A stretch of 63,884 bases of DNA, the filler included, from Octopus bimaculoides (taxonomy: Eukaryota), in the NCBI RefSeq assembly GCF_001194135.2. It is 4 parts of 4 records of this genome, joined end to end, with 100 filler letters (N's around TTAATTAATTAA, not from the genome) between each part and the next. Parts side by side here need not be neighbours in the genome. Positions count along the whole stretch, not along the records: positions 47,710 to 62,059 come from NC_069009.1; positions 62,160 to 63,884 come from NW_026362038.1; 2 more parts are not named here. One strand, 5' to 3'. A model generated the notes under the pieces. The model searched no databases and was not told where the DNA came from. It saw only the letters and a program-made list of their open reading frames with translations. Of this stretch, positions 61,225 to 63,884 are shown one piece after another; position 1 is the first letter of the stretch; every line of letters starts with the position of its first letter. A program made the translations under genes and the position numbers.

Positions 61225-61748
61225 TTCATTTCATGTTGCTCCAGTCCACTCAGCTGGAAAAATATGAGTAATCTTGCAACAGACCGACGTCCTATCCAGG
61301 TGGGGATGAAAGCCAGCCTTTTTTTTTTTTTTACCTAAGATACCTGTTTCTGATCCTCGGTTCTTACTCAACCTTTCCATCACCTGGCATAGAACCTCCC
61401 TCCCCAATACTACTCTCCACTCAGTTTAGGAGCCATTGTCTTACAAGTTACCTGGTGACCTCACTAATGTTGGTGCCACATAAAAGCTCCCAGTATGCTT
61501 TGTAAAGTGGTCCATATTAGAAAGGGCTTCCAGCCATAGAAACTATGCCAAAGTAGGCTAAGAGAATTGGAGCATACGACAACAAGGATGAATAAAATAT
61601 GCATTAGATCAATCATGAACAGTATTAGTCTCACCTGGATCTTTAATCTCTTCACAATAATCTGTAAAGAAGAAAAAAAATGCATGACCCATTATAAAGT
61701 TTTATGCACAAATCAAACTGACAAACCATTTAAAACAAAACTATTTAT

Positions 61749-61793
<45 letters not shown>

Positions 61794-62103
61794 AGGTGCC
61801 TTTTATTAAAAGAGAAAGATTTCTGAGTAAATTTATGAATCCATTGATGGCAATCTGCATGAAACTGTTCTTAGTTCTTTGACACAAACTTCCTTCTTTA
61901 AAAGTGATCTTGATTAAAAACTTCCAGCAAAACTTTTGTGGTAATTTAAGTGCTAAATACTAGCTTAATAATGAGAAGATTATTTTACTAAATTCATTTT
62001 TTCTCAAAATTAGTTGAAACAAAGACAGTATATGTAAACAGAAATATGGTAACAAAAGGNNNNNNNNNNNNNNNNNNNNNNNNNNNNNNNNNNNNNNNNN
62101 NNN

Positions 62104-62115
62104 TTAATTAATTAA
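62104..62115. other. Artificial assembly linker TTAATTAATTAA
   Basis: 44 N on each side. Confidence 0.95.
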
Positions 62116-62166
62116 NNNNNNNNNNNNNNNNNNNNNNNNNNNNNNNNNNNNNNNNNNNNATATATA

Positions 62167-62586
62167 GGCGCAGGAGTTGCTGTGTGGTAAGTACCTTGCT
62201 TATCAACCACATGGTTCCAGGTTCAGTCCCACTGCGTGGCACCTTGGGCGAGTGTCTTCTACTATAGCCTCGGGCCGACCAATGCCTTGTGAGTGGATTT
62301 GGTAGACGGAAACTGAAAGAAGCCCGTCGTATATATATGTACACATATATGTGTGTGTGTGTATATGTTTGTGTTTCTGTGTTTGTCCTCCCAACATCGC
62401 TTGACAACTAATGCTGGTGTGTTTACGTCACCGTAACTTAGCGGTTTGGCAAAAGAGACCGTTAGAATAAGTACTAGGCATCCAAAGAATAAGTCCTGGG
62501 GTCGATTTGCTCGACTAAAGGTGGTGCTCCAGCATGGCCGCAGTCAAATGACTGAAACAAGTAAAAGAGTAAAAGAGTAAAGAGTA
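62167..62586 (+). mobile_element. SINE family B, full length, young-looking
   Basis: CpGs retained; three tail units of TAAA(A)GAG. Confidence 0.92.
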
Positions 62587-62950
62587 TATTTTTTTCTTTT
62601 TTTTGAGTCTTAGGACAGCAACACCACAATGGGGTGAGAGGATGGGGCTGAGGGGAAAGCTACACTGCTGCTAAAAGCTATGACACACACACACACACAC
62701 ACACACAAGCACACACATATACATACGCACACAAATAAGGACACAAATGCATGTGCACATAAGGATACATATCTTAGAACAGAATGGAGTAAGTCGAGCA
62801 AGAACACACATGAAAACGAAAAGTGCCACTGAAGAGGTCACAGATGTGCGACAAAAGATTTCCAGACAATGGACATCAGTTCATATAATAAAATAAGAAC
62901 TAATACACGAGTGAAAAAATGAAGGTAAAGTGGATGTAGTAATTTGGAAG

Positions 62951-62985
<35 letters not shown>

Positions 62986-63102
62986 AAGAAAAGAAACGAC
63001 CATCCAATATCTGTTTCAACACACGATTTTACATCAGGAATCTTACAATACGAATTCATAAACATAACTTTATTGTTATTGAATTATATTGTATATTTCT
63101 TT

Positions 63103-63427
63103 CATCATCATCATCATCATCATCGTTTAACGTCCGCTTTCCATGCTAGCATGGGTTGGATGACTTGACTGAGGACTGGTGAAACTGGATGGCAACACCA
63201 GGCTCTAATCTAAATTTGGCAGAGTTTCTACAGCTGGATGCCCTTCCTAACGCCAACCACTGAGAGAGTGTAGTGGGTGCTTTTACGTGTCACCTGCACG
63301 AAGGCCAGTCAGGCGATACTGGCAACGGCCACGCTCGAAATGGTGTATTTTATGTGCCACCCGCACAAGAGCCAGTCCAGGGGCACTGGCAACGATCTCG
63401 CTCGAAAATCCTACGAAGGCCAGTCAG
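63103..63427 (-). mobile_element. Family D tail with tandem stem-loop units
   Basis: (CAT)n followed by the family D body and about 2.5 internal units. Confidence 0.85.
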
Positions 63428-63884
63428 ATATATATAGAATATAAGAATTTACCTCCGAGACTTGGTTACTTCGATCAAAGAGGGTGGGTCGATCCTGGAT
63501 TGTCGAATGCTTTTCATAGACATTGTTTAAATATATCTTGCTAGACATCAATCCGTCCCTTGTCACGCTCAATCAGTAAAGCTAGCTGCGTGTCTTTAGC
63601 CGCAGGTATATGTACGAAATGTATGGGGTTTTTTNNNNNNNNNNGCGGCCATGCTGGAGCAGCGCCTTAAAGTTTTTTTTTTTTTGTTTTTTCTTTATAC
63701 ATAATTATTTCTAACTAACCATTTAACATTACATCAATCAAATCTTTCTCACCAAACAATTATATTTATATACTTATATATTTATATAATTATATTATAT
63801 ACTTCATCAAGTAGATATATATATACACACACATACACACACATACATATTCACACACAACAGGCTTCTTTCAGTTTCTTTCAA

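Larger units (their letters stand above)
60881..61310 (+). mobile_element. tRNA-derived SINE family F (host), interrupted at 60990/61223
   Basis: Head TGGCTCAGTGGTTAGC; the body TTCTTGAGCAAAACACTTCATTTCA resumes as TGTTGCTCCAGTCCACTCAGCTGG after the insert. Confidence 0.65.

Overview
Eukaryotic, AT-rich, microsatellite-dense genomic DNA with many N gaps. It is most likely an octopus or other cephalopod draft assembly; this is inferred from the repeat landscape and was not database-checked. The only host coding sequence I can support is coding exon 1 of a TCF/LEF (pangolin) gene on the + strand (19091-19234), encoding the N-terminal beta-catenin-binding domain; no further TCF exon is recognisable. 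That exon sits in a ~13 kb stretch with no recognisable transposon and well-retained CpGs. The rest is intergenic or intronic and holds several tRNA-derived SINE families (my labels A, B, C, F), RTE-clade LINE remnants, and non-autonomous DNA transposons (hAT, mariner, piggyBac-like, Merlin-like). Three 44N-TTAATTAATTAA-44N linkers show the window is four joined pieces, so contiguity beyond 31567 is unproven. Most unusual items: (i) an inverted-duplicated insertion joining a tRNA-like Pol III head to a hammerhead-ribozyme core (60991-61233, Penelope/retrozyme-like); (ii) a 406-bp Merlin-like element with 96-bp TIRs, 45-bp subrepeats and a head-to-head telomeric core (11277-11682); (iii) a speculative intronic alternative first exon ending in ATG|GT that would give a beta-catenin-blind TCF isoform; (iv) TCF-binding motifs around the TCF gene itself.
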